A DNA stretch of 64,000 nucleotides from a virus. Its lineage: Duplodnaviria > Heunggongvirae > Uroviricota > Caudoviricetes. Shown in pieces: positions 39,361-47,721 of this stretch; within the stretch, counting starts at the first letter, position 1; each line of letters starts with the position of its first letter. Location of the stretch: IMG/VR virus record IMGVR_UViG_3300031867_000016, positions 27,293 to 91,292 of that record. The stretch is one strand, 5' to 3'. Below the pieces are notes generated by a model that was not told the DNA's origin, did no database searches, and saw only the letters and a list, made by a program, of their open reading frames with translations. The translations under genes were made by a program, and so were the position numbers.

Positions 39361-40020
39361 GCTCTGGGATCCACGGGCAGCAGCAGGCTGATTCATACTG
39401 TATACGACCTGTTGAAAATGATCAGTAATAATATCATTGATGGTGCGGCGCCTCTTTGAGTAGTCAACAACATAGTCTGGCATCTCATAGTAGTTGTCAC
39501 CGTATTCTTTGCGAAGGAAGTAGTCCATATACGCAAGGAACTCAGGTGTCGCAACAGCTCCCTTGAGCTGTGCTGACACCGCAAACACCAGGTTGATGAA
39601 TGAACCACAGAATGAATCAAGGTTCTTTGGTGCTACGGTTGTACCGCTTAGCTTTGTCATGCCGTCAAACAGCAGTGGATACAGCGTAATGGATGCACAG
39701 TAGGGGACACCAGCAAATGGAAAAGTACTCTCATCGTGTGTATAAATTTCATGCTTCTCAAGCTGTTCAATATACTTGTCGGCTATTTCTTCACCGTATA
39801 ATTCGAGAAGCTTATCGTGCATCATAAGTCTGTTAGTATAAATGTTTTCCTTCTTGTGTACCTCAGGTGCCATTGTTGCGATATTCTTGCCAGACACATT
39901 GCTGTTTGCATCAACCTCACTGCCAGACGCTGAGTTCTGTGCACCAATGTATTTATTGACAAAGTTGATGTTCTTTCTGCGAAGCTCGTATTTTCCTGCT
40001 ATCGCCATATCAGTCACCAC
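39361..40020 (-). CDS. nrdD: anaerobic ribonucleoside-triphosphate reductase NrdD, 5' exon (N-terminal part)
   Basis: The 226-aa ORF ends …NQPAAARGSQS|VNKTRL*. Its N-terminal region resembles the class III RNR ATP-cone/core. The exon end is approximate. The ORF track runs on to a stop at 39340 inside the insert. Confidence 0.6.
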
Positions 40021-40225
40021 CGCTTTCTATAGAATTGATATATCCTATGGCGGCAGGCATATTCATGAGCAGACCATCAACACCGAGTACAGGTACATGA
40101 GTAATGTCAAGTTCCACCATCTTATCCATATCCATGCATACTTCGTATTCAATTTTTGCACTGTCTAAACGCTGCTTCAGCATCTTGCACATCGGACAGT
40201 TTTCAGTCGAATATAATACAAGCAT
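40010..40225 (-). CDS. glutaredoxin/NrdH-like redoxin
   Basis: 71 aa; contains the CPMC active-site motif near the N-terminus, consistent with a thioredoxin fold. Confidence 0.7.
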   Translation of the reverse strand: MLVLYSTENCPMCKMLKQRLDSAKIEYEVCMDMDKMVELDITHVPVLGVDGLLMNMPAAIGYINSIESGGD

Positions 40226-40410
40226 TATTCATTCTCCTTTATGTACATTCCGCATGGGCAACTATCCATGTTGCGACAGCGCTTGTCACATTTGTCTTGT
40301 TTGTTTCCTTTGGTTTCGACATATATACAATAGCCTCCGTTGTCTTTAACGGAGGCTTTGACATATGATACATATTCATCTATTGGATTCAATACATATC
40401 CCGGCTTCAT
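40225..40410 (-). CDS. small Cys-rich protein
   Basis: 61 aa; contains CDKRCRNMDSCPCG. Confidence 0.4.
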   Translation of the reverse strand: MKPGYVLNPIDEYVSYVKASVKDNGGYCIYVETKGNKQDKCDKRCRNMDSCPCGMYIKENE

Positions 40411-40429
40411 ATTTACACATCCTTAGACA

Positions 40430-41047
40430 TTACATTTCCTCGAATAGTTCTGGAAACAGCTTTTCAAATTCATGCTGTATCATTTCGGCAAGCTTATGCA
40501 TCTCTGGATAAGCTGCATTACTGTTTCTGAGTTTGAGAATATGAAGCCATTCTCTGATGTTTGCCTTCATCACGATGACGCACGCGGTGCTGTTAGGCAG
40601 CACCTTGCGTGCATCCTGATTCGGCAAACCATATTCATTTTTCAGTGTGTTGTAATTCTTTTCTGCTTCACGCATGCATACAAGCCATGCTCCGTATGCT
40701 TCGTCATTACTTTCTGCAAAGAGCGGAGCAATGAATGCGATGCCGTCCTTGCTGACATCGATGTATCTCTGGCTTTGAATGCAGAAATTTGCAAGCCTGT
40801 GTCTTGTCAGTTCAGCCATGACATCTCTGCTTGTTGTCAGTTCTACTGTCACATCGAAAAATTCAAGCGGAGAACCGTGACCACGCTTTATCATGTCACG
40901 AATAAATTTCTTATAGCTGTCATCTGTCGCTTTGTTATGAGATGCATAACAGTTTCTTCCTGCATACTCAATATTTTTAAGCCCCTGTACAGCTTCATCT
41001 CTGGTACGGGGAGTAATAATTTCTACGCTCTGATTTATTATACGCAT
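40430..41047 (-). CDS. thyX: flavin-dependent thymidylate synthase ThyX
   Basis: Contains the ThyX signature ELTRHRLANFCIQSQRY (RHRx7S). Size is 205 aa. Confidence 0.85.
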   Translation of the reverse strand: MRIINQSVEIITPRTRDEAVQGLKNIEYAGRNCYASHNKATDDSYKKFIRDMIKRGHGSPLEFFDVTVELTTSRDVMAELTRHRLANFCIQSQRYIDVSKDGIAFIAPLFAESNDEAYGAWLVCMREAEKNYNTLKNEYGLPNQDARKVLPNSTACVIVMKANIREWLHILKLRNSNAAYPEMHKLAEMIQHEFEKLFPELFEEM

Positions 41048-41219
41048 GAGTTAATCTAATCCTTTCACGCAACGATGCATATGGCATATCATAAATGTAA
41101 TTTACATCACCGCATCGTTTACAGATATACTGCAGCGAATTCTTACCACGAAACAGATGGCTTCTTGATAAGCAGTTGCAGTTTATACAGTAGCAATAAT
41201 TGTTTAATGTTGCTTCCAT
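40995..41219 (-). CDS. small Cys-rich protein
   Basis: 74 aa; contains CYCINCNC…CKRCG. It overlaps the thyX start by ~50 nt, so the real start may be internal. Confidence 0.35.
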   Translation of the reverse strand: MEATLNNYCYCINCNCLSRSHLFRGKNSLQYICKRCGDVNYIYDMPYASLRERIRLTHAYNKSERRNYYSPYQR

Positions 41220-41389
41220 TATTAATCGTCCTCAAAAAGCGAATAAAATAGGCCCAGCAAACAACTGAGCCTATTCAAAAAGAAGGATAGTAAAAATGTC
41301 CAGAAAGATGTTCTGCGAAAAATAAACAAGCGGAACATCCTCCACTGCCTATGACCCTCGCCCCGCGAGGGGACGATGAAGCAGAACGA

Positions 41390-41911
41390 TTACGATCCAG
41401 TGGAACCAAATCCGCCACTTCTCTTATTGGTAATCTCGTCTTCATCAGCAATTCCATAAGGCAGGAAAATACCCTGAACAAATCTATCGTTATGATGTAT
41501 GCATAAAGGCTCTTTAACGCTTACGTATACCATGATATGACCCTCGTTGTCGGCATTATAATAATCCGAATCAACAACACCAACAGTATTTGCCAACCGC
41601 ATGCCATATTTGCAGCCGTAACTTGATCTTGGAAACAGCATAAGCACATATGATGGATCAATTTTGCATCGAATACCTGTAGGAATTATTATTTCCTTTT
41701 CTTCTTCAATAACAAACAGAGAAGGAGCATAGAAGTCGTAGCCAGCTGCTCCAGTTGTAGATCTTTTTGGGAGCTGAATTTCTTCCCATATGCTTTCATA
41801 TGTTTCACTAGCTGTATTCAAATACAGTGTACCAATCTTGTCGTTGAGTTTCATGCAGTCGTTAACAAATTGTTCTTTGCTTACCTTTTCGAAAGTTGCA
41901 ATTGGGTTCAT
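41390..41911 (-). CDS. dut: dUTP diphosphatase (trimeric dUTPase)
   Basis: dUTPase motifs are present: AAGYDFY, PTGI, RSSYG, GVVDSDYY and C-terminal RSGGFGSTG. Confidence 0.85.
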   Translation of the reverse strand: MNPIATFEKVSKEQFVNDCMKLNDKIGTLYLNTASETYESIWEEIQLPKRSTTGAAGYDFYAPSLFVIEEEKEIIIPTGIRCKIDPSYVLMLFPRSSYGCKYGMRLANTVGVVDSDYYNADNEGHIMVYVSVKEPLCIHHNDRFVQGIFLPYGIADEDEITNKRSGGFGSTGS

Positions 41912-41914
41912 CTT

Positions 41915-42511
41915 TTATTCCTCTTTTTCTTTTATCTTATGATCGATACAGCCGTTAGAGATCAGCCAGGCCAATGCTACTGCAGCTGCATCGGATTCAT
42001 CATCATTATGGAATTCAATATCGCCAAGGTATTCTTTTACATATTCAGTGACGGTTTCTTTCTCAGCTTTGCCGCTGCCTGTGATCAGTTTCTTGATCGT
42101 GGTAGGGTAGAGTTCATTCCATTCACTGTCTGCCTTTTTCCAAAGAGTGTAATCCATTACACCGACTACTTCTGAAATACCGCTTCGTGCCCTGCCGCTT
42201 GTTCTGCCACCTGTATACATATTGTTGACAGATGTTTCGCGAACAAAGAACAACTGTGTCGGTGTACCGATATAGTCAGATATAAAGTCACTGAAACCTT
42301 CAGCGATATCATTCAGCTTTTCTCCTCTGACCTTGGATGCGTTCTTTGCTTTTGACTTATTGTCAATACTTATCACATTGACAGAGTTTATTTTGTATTT
42401 GTCAGCCTCTTTTGAAAGCTGAATACGACAAAAGCCGGGCCTGTTAAGACTCAAATCCGCACCAAAAACTATCACATTGTCAGAGAATTCTATTAATCTT
42501 TCGTCTCCCAT
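41915..42511 (-). CDS. RuvC-like Holliday-junction resolvase
   Basis: VIVFGADLSLNRPGF is an N-terminal catalytic Asp motif. The C-terminal ESDAAAVALAWLISNG resembles the RuvC DAADALAIA motif. Start placed at the internal ATG (MGDERLIEF…). The ORF track extends to 42607. Confidence 0.65.
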   Translation of the reverse strand: MGDERLIEFSDNVIVFGADLSLNRPGFCRIQLSKEADKYKINSVNVISIDNKSKAKNASKVRGEKLNDIAEGFSDFISDYIGTPTQLFFVRETSVNNMYTGGRTSGRARSGISEVVGVMDYTLWKKADSEWNELYPTTIKKLITGSGKAEKETVTEYVKEYLGDIEFHNDDESDAAAVALAWLISNGCIDHKIKEKEE

Positions 42512-42768
42512 AGGACGGTCACCATCGTTTTCAAGTAATAGCATAAGCTGACGATCATAACTACAGGAACGGCAGCGATAGCCAACAGGGTTATCGCTGC
42601 CTTCCATATAGTCGAGCTGAGCTGTATGCTGTCTATAAGAATAATTTTCTTGTATGGTTTACTGTAACTGTTGAATCCATGAATATCCACGCCATAGTCG
42701 GCATGTACTCTTTCCATTACCATACAAACCATAATAAGTGTTGCCAGTAATGACACCATCAGTATCAT
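42493..42768 (-). CDS. small membrane protein (2 TM), lysis-cassette associated
   Basis: 91 aa and hydrophobic. Lies downstream of the endolysin/holin-like genes. Confidence 0.45.
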   Translation of the reverse strand: MILMVSLLATLIMVCMVMERVHADYGVDIHGFNSYSKPYKKIILIDSIQLSSTIWKAAITLLAIAAVPVVMIVSLCYYLKTMVTVLWETKD

Positions 42769-43127
42769 CCGTTTTCAACTCCAGTGTCTTCTTCTTCGTT
42801 TTCTGTTTCTTTTTCGTCTTTGTCAGATAGAGCAAGCTCTACTTTTTTCTTTAGCTTTTCATCGTAAGCTGAATGAGCATAATAGCCGCTTGATGTGGCT
42901 ATAGCTATAGCGGATGAATTTACAATTATGTTATTTGCTAAGGACATTAAAGTCTCTGTCAAATTGTTTTCAGTGCTGCCCATAACCCATACGAAAACAA
43001 TACAGACAGCAGCAATAATGGCCCACTGTACAATGCCGAAGACAGCAATGCGTTTGCTGTACCGCATATAAGTGCGGAGAATGTTATGCTGTTGTATGTT
43101 TGACATCGATCTTTGTGGGCAGCGCAT
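42765..43127 (-). CDS. membrane protein (holin/antiholin-like) with an acidic C-terminal tail
   Basis: 120 aa with two hydrophobic helices. ATGA overlap with the downstream gene. Confidence 0.45.
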   Translation of the reverse strand: MRCPQRSMSNIQQHNILRTYMRYSKRIAVFGIVQWAIIAAVCIVFVWVMGSTENNLTETLMSLANNIIVNSSAIAIATSSGYYAHSAYDEKLKKKVELALSDKDEKETENEEEDTGVENG

Positions 43128-43422
43128 CTATTTCACGCTTCAGCAGCTTCACGGGTCCGTTTCCGCCGAGAGCGAAGTATTCATCAAATAGCTCATCAAG
43201 GACGTGTCTGTCGTCCAGTGTTATGTATCCGTTATCAATATGTACCTTCGCTTCTGTTTTAATCTGCATGCGAAGGTTGCCTCTGACTCCTCCGATGATG
43301 GCATGCATCTGTTTAAGAACGCTCTTTACCTGTCTCCAGAGGAGGCCAAGCAGACCGATAATGATAACGAACAGTTCCTGCGTCCAGTATTTGACTGCAG
43401 TATCAATAATAATCTGAAACAT
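43084..43422 (-). CDS. single-TM small protein, holin-like, immediately downstream of the endolysin
   Basis: 112 aa with an N-terminal TM helix (VIIIGLLGLLW). Confidence 0.45.
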   Translation of the reverse strand: MFQIIIDTAVKYWTQELFVIIIGLLGLLWRQVKSVLKQMHAIIGGVRGNLRMQIKTEAKVHIDNGYITLDDRHVLDELFDEYFALGGNGPVKLLKREIDALPTKIDVKHTTA

Positions 43423-43423
43423 C

Positions 43424-44773
43424 TTAACTCACCGCCTTGTACGTAGGTGAGCCACCTGCTTTTTTAATAGCATCGATAACGCTGTCGCGGATAGACTCGT
43501 CTACTACAACGGTGATCGTGTATTTTGTGTTTGGGATATTGCCGAGAGTTACAAATTCGGCTTTGGCATAAACTGTTTTGCCGGCATATCTGACTTTGTA
43601 CCAGCCATTGAGAACTTCAAGTATCTCAACCTTTGTTCCGCTTTCTGCACGGTCAATAATTGGAGAACTTGTGCTTGCTTCTTTGCGAAGGTTCAATTTG
43701 CCGCTAGTTGTATGAACTGTACCATACACTTTGCCTGTTTCTTCTTCGCCTTCTTCAACATCATAGATCGTATTCTTGAGTCTGCTTGCATAAGCCCATG
43801 TTGAAATGTCGCTTTCTACAATGCCAGACTTTGTACCTTTTGCTTCGATACATTTGCCGTTGCCAATATATAAGCCAACGTGTTTGAAATTGCCGAGGCC
43901 GTCGTTTACGTATGCCGTTGGCATTTCTCCATGTTTTGCCGGCTTCCATCTGTAGACAGCCATACCTGGAACAAGCTTTATTTCTCCAATTTTACCCTTC
44001 TGTGTGGAGTATTGCCGATACATAGTGTTGCTGCCGTGATACATATAACTGCCAGCCTGTTTATACCAGAAGGTAAAGGCGCCAGAGCAGTCTACTTTGC
44101 CGAATTCAGCAGCATTTGCTACGTATTTCCAGTTATTCTCTTTCATCATTTTAAACTTATCAATGAGATAACTAGCTTTCACATCAGCCATAACGTCATC
44201 CCCTTTGATAAACTCTATATGTGTGCCAGGATAATAAAAAGACAGTATCTCTTTGTAGGTCTTGCCAATCTTGGCTGCATGTATTGCACCTTTCTGGCTC
44301 ATGCCTACGCCGTGTCCTGTCTTCTTACCATTTGTTTCAGCAAAGTCCCACGGATCTTTCTGCTTTATAAGCCATGCACGATGACCGCCCCATCTCTCTT
44401 CAGATGAAGTAGTTGTGCCGCCGTTGGAATCGGAGAACGAACATGGAGAACAGATCGAATTCTGATAGTACAAGACCTGTCCAGCTGTCTGCTCAGCTCC
44501 AAGGTTTGCATTCTTATAATTTATTCGGTCAGCATTAAACGCCTGAGCCGATGATCCGCTGTCTGATATTGCTTTATTTTTCTGCATATACAAACAGGCA
44601 GTCGTCCTGGCGGCGACTGCCTGTGCTTTACATGCTTCTACCGGTGCGTTGCCTATCTCTGAGGCAACGACACCGGCAATATACTGTTCAAGCTCAACAT
44701 CTATTGTGTCTCCGATTGAACAGTTATAGTATGAAGCATTTTTACTCTTTGAGATCTTTACCTGAATGATCAT
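43424..44773 (-). CDS. endolysin: SpoIID/LytB-like domain + NlpC/P60 peptidase + C-terminal SH3b cell-wall binding domain
   Basis: N-terminal SpoIID-like region (…ARTTACLYMQ…GHGVGMSQKGA…). Middle NlpC/P60 region with catalytic Cys (VDCSGAFTFW) and His (HVGLYIG). C-terminal SH3b-like region (GKLNLRKEASTSSPII…GWYKV). Confidence 0.8.
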   Translation of the reverse strand: MIIQVKISKSKNASYYNCSIGDTIDVELEQYIAGVVASEIGNAPVEACKAQAVAARTTACLYMQKNKAISDSGSSAQAFNADRINYKNANLGAEQTAGQVLYYQNSICSPCSFSDSNGGTTTSSEERWGGHRAWLIKQKDPWDFAETNGKKTGHGVGMSQKGAIHAAKIGKTYKEILSFYYPGTHIEFIKGDDVMADVKASYLIDKFKMMKENNWKYVANAAEFGKVDCSGAFTFWYKQAGSYMYHGSNTMYRQYSTQKGKIGEIKLVPGMAVYRWKPAKHGEMPTAYVNDGLGNFKHVGLYIGNGKCIEAKGTKSGIVESDISTWAYASRLKNTIYDVEEGEEETGKVYGTVHTTSGKLNLRKEASTSSPIIDRAESGTKVEILEVLNGWYKVRYAGKTVYAKAEFVTLGNIPNTKYTITVVVDESIRDSVIDAIKKAGGSPTYKAVS

Positions 44774-45039
44774 TCTTCAGTAGCTGCAGCTTCAACTGGA
44801 TGTACATAACACTGACTCGTAATCATTCTGCCATCAGATAGGAGCAGAGTTGCTGAGTGCTGAGGAAGCTTGGATACTGCGGCAGCAGCAAGTACTTCGT
44901 GGTACTTGGCTTCCGCTTTGAGACGAGCCCATTCAGGGTCATCATCGTAGGCAAAATGTACAATATGACCATATTCACCATTGTCATATTTTTGAATTTC
45001 GAAAATATAATACTGAGTAAAGTTTTCCACATGGATCAC
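44770..45039 (-). CDS. hypothetical protein
   Basis: 89-aa ORF. ATGA overlap with the endolysin gene. Confidence 0.4.
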   Translation of the reverse strand: MIHVENFTQYYIFEIQKYDNGEYGHIVHFAYDDDPEWARLKAEAKYHEVLAAAAVSKLPQHSATLLLSDGRMITSQCYVHPVEAAATEE

Positions 45040-45045
45040 TCCTTG

Positions 45046-46509
45046 TTAAGATAATAATGCGAGTAATTGTTTTAACTGAGCTGCTGTCACTGTCGTCTGA
45101 TTAGCTGTTCCTAAACCAAGCGTTAAACTGCCTGCAAGTTGTTCGCTGCCATACCAGTCGAGAGTACGTCCGTTTTTACGATAGGTATCGTTTGTACCAA
45201 TGCCGACAATTTCAACGTAAGTATTATTGAGATCTTCAATATTTGCTTTGCCAAAAACATGCTGGCATAAGCCTGATGCTTTAGTATAATAGCCTTCAGC
45301 ATGCGAATAATGGCTTGATGTTGTAGTGTAATAGCCTTCAGCATGCGAATAATCCCCTGATGCTGTAGTGTAATAGCCTTCAGCATGCGAATAATCCTCT
45401 GATGCAATAGTTTTAAAACCCTCTGCATGTGAATATGGCCCATTAGCTTCAGAACTCCCTTCAGCATGTGATTTTTCACCAATAGCAGATGAAATACTCT
45501 CAGCATGTGATGCGTCACCAATAGCAAATGAACTACCTTCGGCATGTGAACGATTTCCAATAGCAGCAGAACTATTCCCCTCAGCATGTGAGTATGACCC
45601 ATAGGCAGATGTTTCACTACCTTCGGCGTGTGACCCTATACCTGCTGCTACTGTGTTACGTGCAATAGTGCAATTTGTGCTATTCAAGCTGCCTAAACTA
45701 TCAGAAAGAGTAATAGTTTTATCTTTTATTGATATTGCTTTAATAATAGCTTTTTTATTGTTTGCTTTTATTTCTTTACCTATATAATAATAATATAAAT
45801 TAGAAGTAGATGTATATACAGAGGTGCTGCCATTACCAGTAAGTGATATGACATCACTATTAGAACTGTCACCTTCCCCTTCAACATGGGAATAATCTCC
45901 TGATGCGATATTATAATTGCCTTCAGCATGTGAAGAATTCCCTGATGCGATAGTATATTTGCCTTCTGCATGTGAACTATCACTTGACGCTGTAGTACCT
46001 AACCCTTCTGCATGCGAAGAATATCTTGACGCTGTAGTACTTGACCCTTCTGCATGTGAACTATCACTTAACGCTGTAGTACCAAACCCTTCGGCATGCG
46101 AAGAATGTCCTGACGCTGTAGTATTGCTACCTTCGGCATGTGAACGATCTCCTAACGCATTAGCACTTGACCCTTCGGCATGCGAATATTCTCCTGACGC
46201 TCTACTAGCTGACCCTTCTGCATGTGAAGAATGTCCCGATGCATTAGTATTATCACCTTCAGCATGTGAAGAATCACTTGATGCGGTAGTACTGTAACCT
46301 TCAGCAAAGCTCGAATAACCAGCTGCTGTACAGCCTTCTCCAATGGCGCAAGAATAATCTCCAGATGCTATGTTATTAACATCATTTTTAGCAATAATGG
46401 AATACTTTCCTGTTCCAGAAGAAAATATATCATTCGGTTTAGCAATGTATTTATCGCTTATTTTTGTGTATTTTTTTTGATAAGCCATTATTTCAATACT
46501 GTTAGCCAT
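45046..46509 (-). CDS. tail fibre/adhesin-like protein with ~25 tandem 14-aa YadA-head-like repeats (S-H-A-E-G-x-x-T-x-A-S-x-x-S)
   Basis: 487 aa. Periodic YSHAEG…TTASG units resemble left-handed parallel β-roll trimeric adhesin/fibre repeats. Underlying 42-nt DNA tandem repeats span 45150-46330. Confidence 0.6.
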   Translation of the reverse strand: MANSIEIMAYQKKYTKISDKYIAKPNDIFSSGTGKYSIIAKNDVNNIASGDYSCAIGEGCTAAGYSSFAEGYSTTASSDSSHAEGDNTNASGHSSHAEGSASRASGEYSHAEGSSANALGDRSHAEGSNTTASGHSSHAEGFGTTALSDSSHAEGSSTTASRYSSHAEGLGTTASSDSSHAEGKYTIASGNSSHAEGNYNIASGDYSHVEGEGDSSNSDVISLTGNGSTSVYTSTSNLYYYYIGKEIKANNKKAIIKAISIKDKTITLSDSLGSLNSTNCTIARNTVAAGIGSHAEGSETSAYGSYSHAEGNSSAAIGNRSHAEGSSFAIGDASHAESISSAIGEKSHAEGSSEANGPYSHAEGFKTIASEDYSHAEGYYTTASGDYSHAEGYYTTTSSHYSHAEGYYTKASGLCQHVFGKANIEDLNNTYVEIVGIGTNDTYRKNGRTLDWYGSEQLAGSLTLGLGTANQTTVTAAQLKQLLALLS

Positions 46510-46527
46510 TATTACTCCCCCCCTTTT

Positions 46528-46851
46528 TTACATTGGTGTATTAGAATAAGAAGAAAGATCTTTGGTGGAATATAAACGGCACTCATAGCTGGATGTTTCA
46601 TAATCAGTAATAATAACAATACAATAATCTTCATTCGTATTTGAAAAACCAGAGCTGTATAAAGATCCATTTCCAAATACATCTTCCCTTCGTGAGTTTA
46701 AAAAACCTGTAAAAGCTTTATTTAATACAATATCGCATGATTCATCACCAGTTAATACGAGACGTAAACTATCTATATTTTCAGGATCTTCCTGAAAATT
46801 GTCGGTGAAAGGTATCTCAAGATATAAATTTGAGGCTGCCATTTTTATCAC
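46528..46851 (-). CDS. hypothetical structural protein
   Basis: 107-aa ORF. Confidence 0.4.
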   Translation of the reverse strand: MIKMAASNLYLEIPFTDNFQEDPENIDSLRLVLTGDESCDIVLNKAFTGFLNSRREDVFGNGSLYSSGFSNTNEDYCIVIITDYETSSYECRLYSTKDLSSYSNTPM

Positions 46852-46852
46852 C

Positions 46853-47047
46853 TCAATTTACAATTGGTAATGGAATATCAATTGTTGTTTCATTTTTTGC
46901 AATAGTATCCCAACCAATTTCGTAATATCCATAATCTTGCTGTTCTTGGTATTCACCATTAACATTTATATAAGCAGTTCCACTTGGTTCGTTTGTATTT
47001 TTAGAAAGTTTTGCATTAATTAATTGTTGATAATTTATTTGTCTCAC
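46853..47047 (-). CDS. hypothetical protein
   Basis: 64-aa ORF. Confidence 0.35.
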   Translation of the reverse strand: MRQINYQQLINAKLSKNTNEPSGTAYINVNGEYQEQQDYGYYEIGWDTIAKNETTIDIPLPIVN

Positions 47048-47721
47048 AGAAGACCGCCTCCTCCGCTACCTGTATTCTTTATTAAAATATAAGTATCTTG
47101 CACAACTGGCTGCCCTGAATATAATTCCATAGTATTGTCATCAGTTATGATATAGTAATCATAAGTATTTGTACTATACGATGATAACGTTTCAATAACA
47201 CCGCCATATTCTACTTGCTTCTGTTCGACTTGTTCGTTAGCAGCCCAATATGTTACCGTATACGTCCTTACTGTTTCATTCCATACGGCATACAGGTTCC
47301 TGTCAGCAGTAATATTTTTCTTTGCATTAGCATCAACTGCTCCACCATTAGTTCTCGACCAGCCAGCAAATGTATAAGTTTTATCTACTGTTGGTTCCTT
47401 TGTAGGCGTCTCATTCCATGTAGCGTTCTGTCCGCTGGTCCATATCGACTCCGTATGAAGCCATTCATCGCCGTCGTAGTAGTCAACATCAAACCAGGTG
47501 TCACCTTTTTTAACAATTAGAGAACCTTCATCATCAATATATAATTTGAAATATTTATTACTGTTTGGTGTACATGACTTTACTGTTAAGAAGTCAACCG
47601 TATCTGAGCCAACAGACCAGTTGCGGAATATCTTGTCTTTAAAATAATGCAATACGGTATTGGAACCATTCTGTATTGCAACATGATCGTAATCATTTCC
47701 AGTTGTAACAGCCATCATCAA
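47044..47721 (-). CDS. Listeria-Bacteroides repeat (Flg_new-like) domain protein
   Basis: 225 aa; contains YTFAGWSRTNGG…YAVW. ATGA overlap with the upstream gene. Confidence 0.5.
   Translation of the reverse strand: MMMAVTTGNDYDHVAIQNGSNTVLHYFKDKIFRNWSVGSDTVDFLTVKSCTPNSNKYFKLYIDDEGSLIVKKGDTWFDVDYYDGDEWLHTESIWTSGQNATWNETPTKEPTVDKTYTFAGWSRTNGGAVDANAKKNITADRNLYAVWNETVRTYTVTYWAANEQVEQKQVEYGGVIETLSSYSTNTYDYYIITDDNTMELYSGQPVVQDTYILIKNTGSGGGGLL

Noticed and set aside
45150-46330. Regular ~42-nt periodic DNA repeats that superficially resemble a repeat/spacer array
   Set aside because: They lie entirely inside a long intact minus-strand ORF and encode a 14-aa protein repeat. The units are imperfect at the DNA level and have no unique spacer-like segments, so this is not CRISPR.
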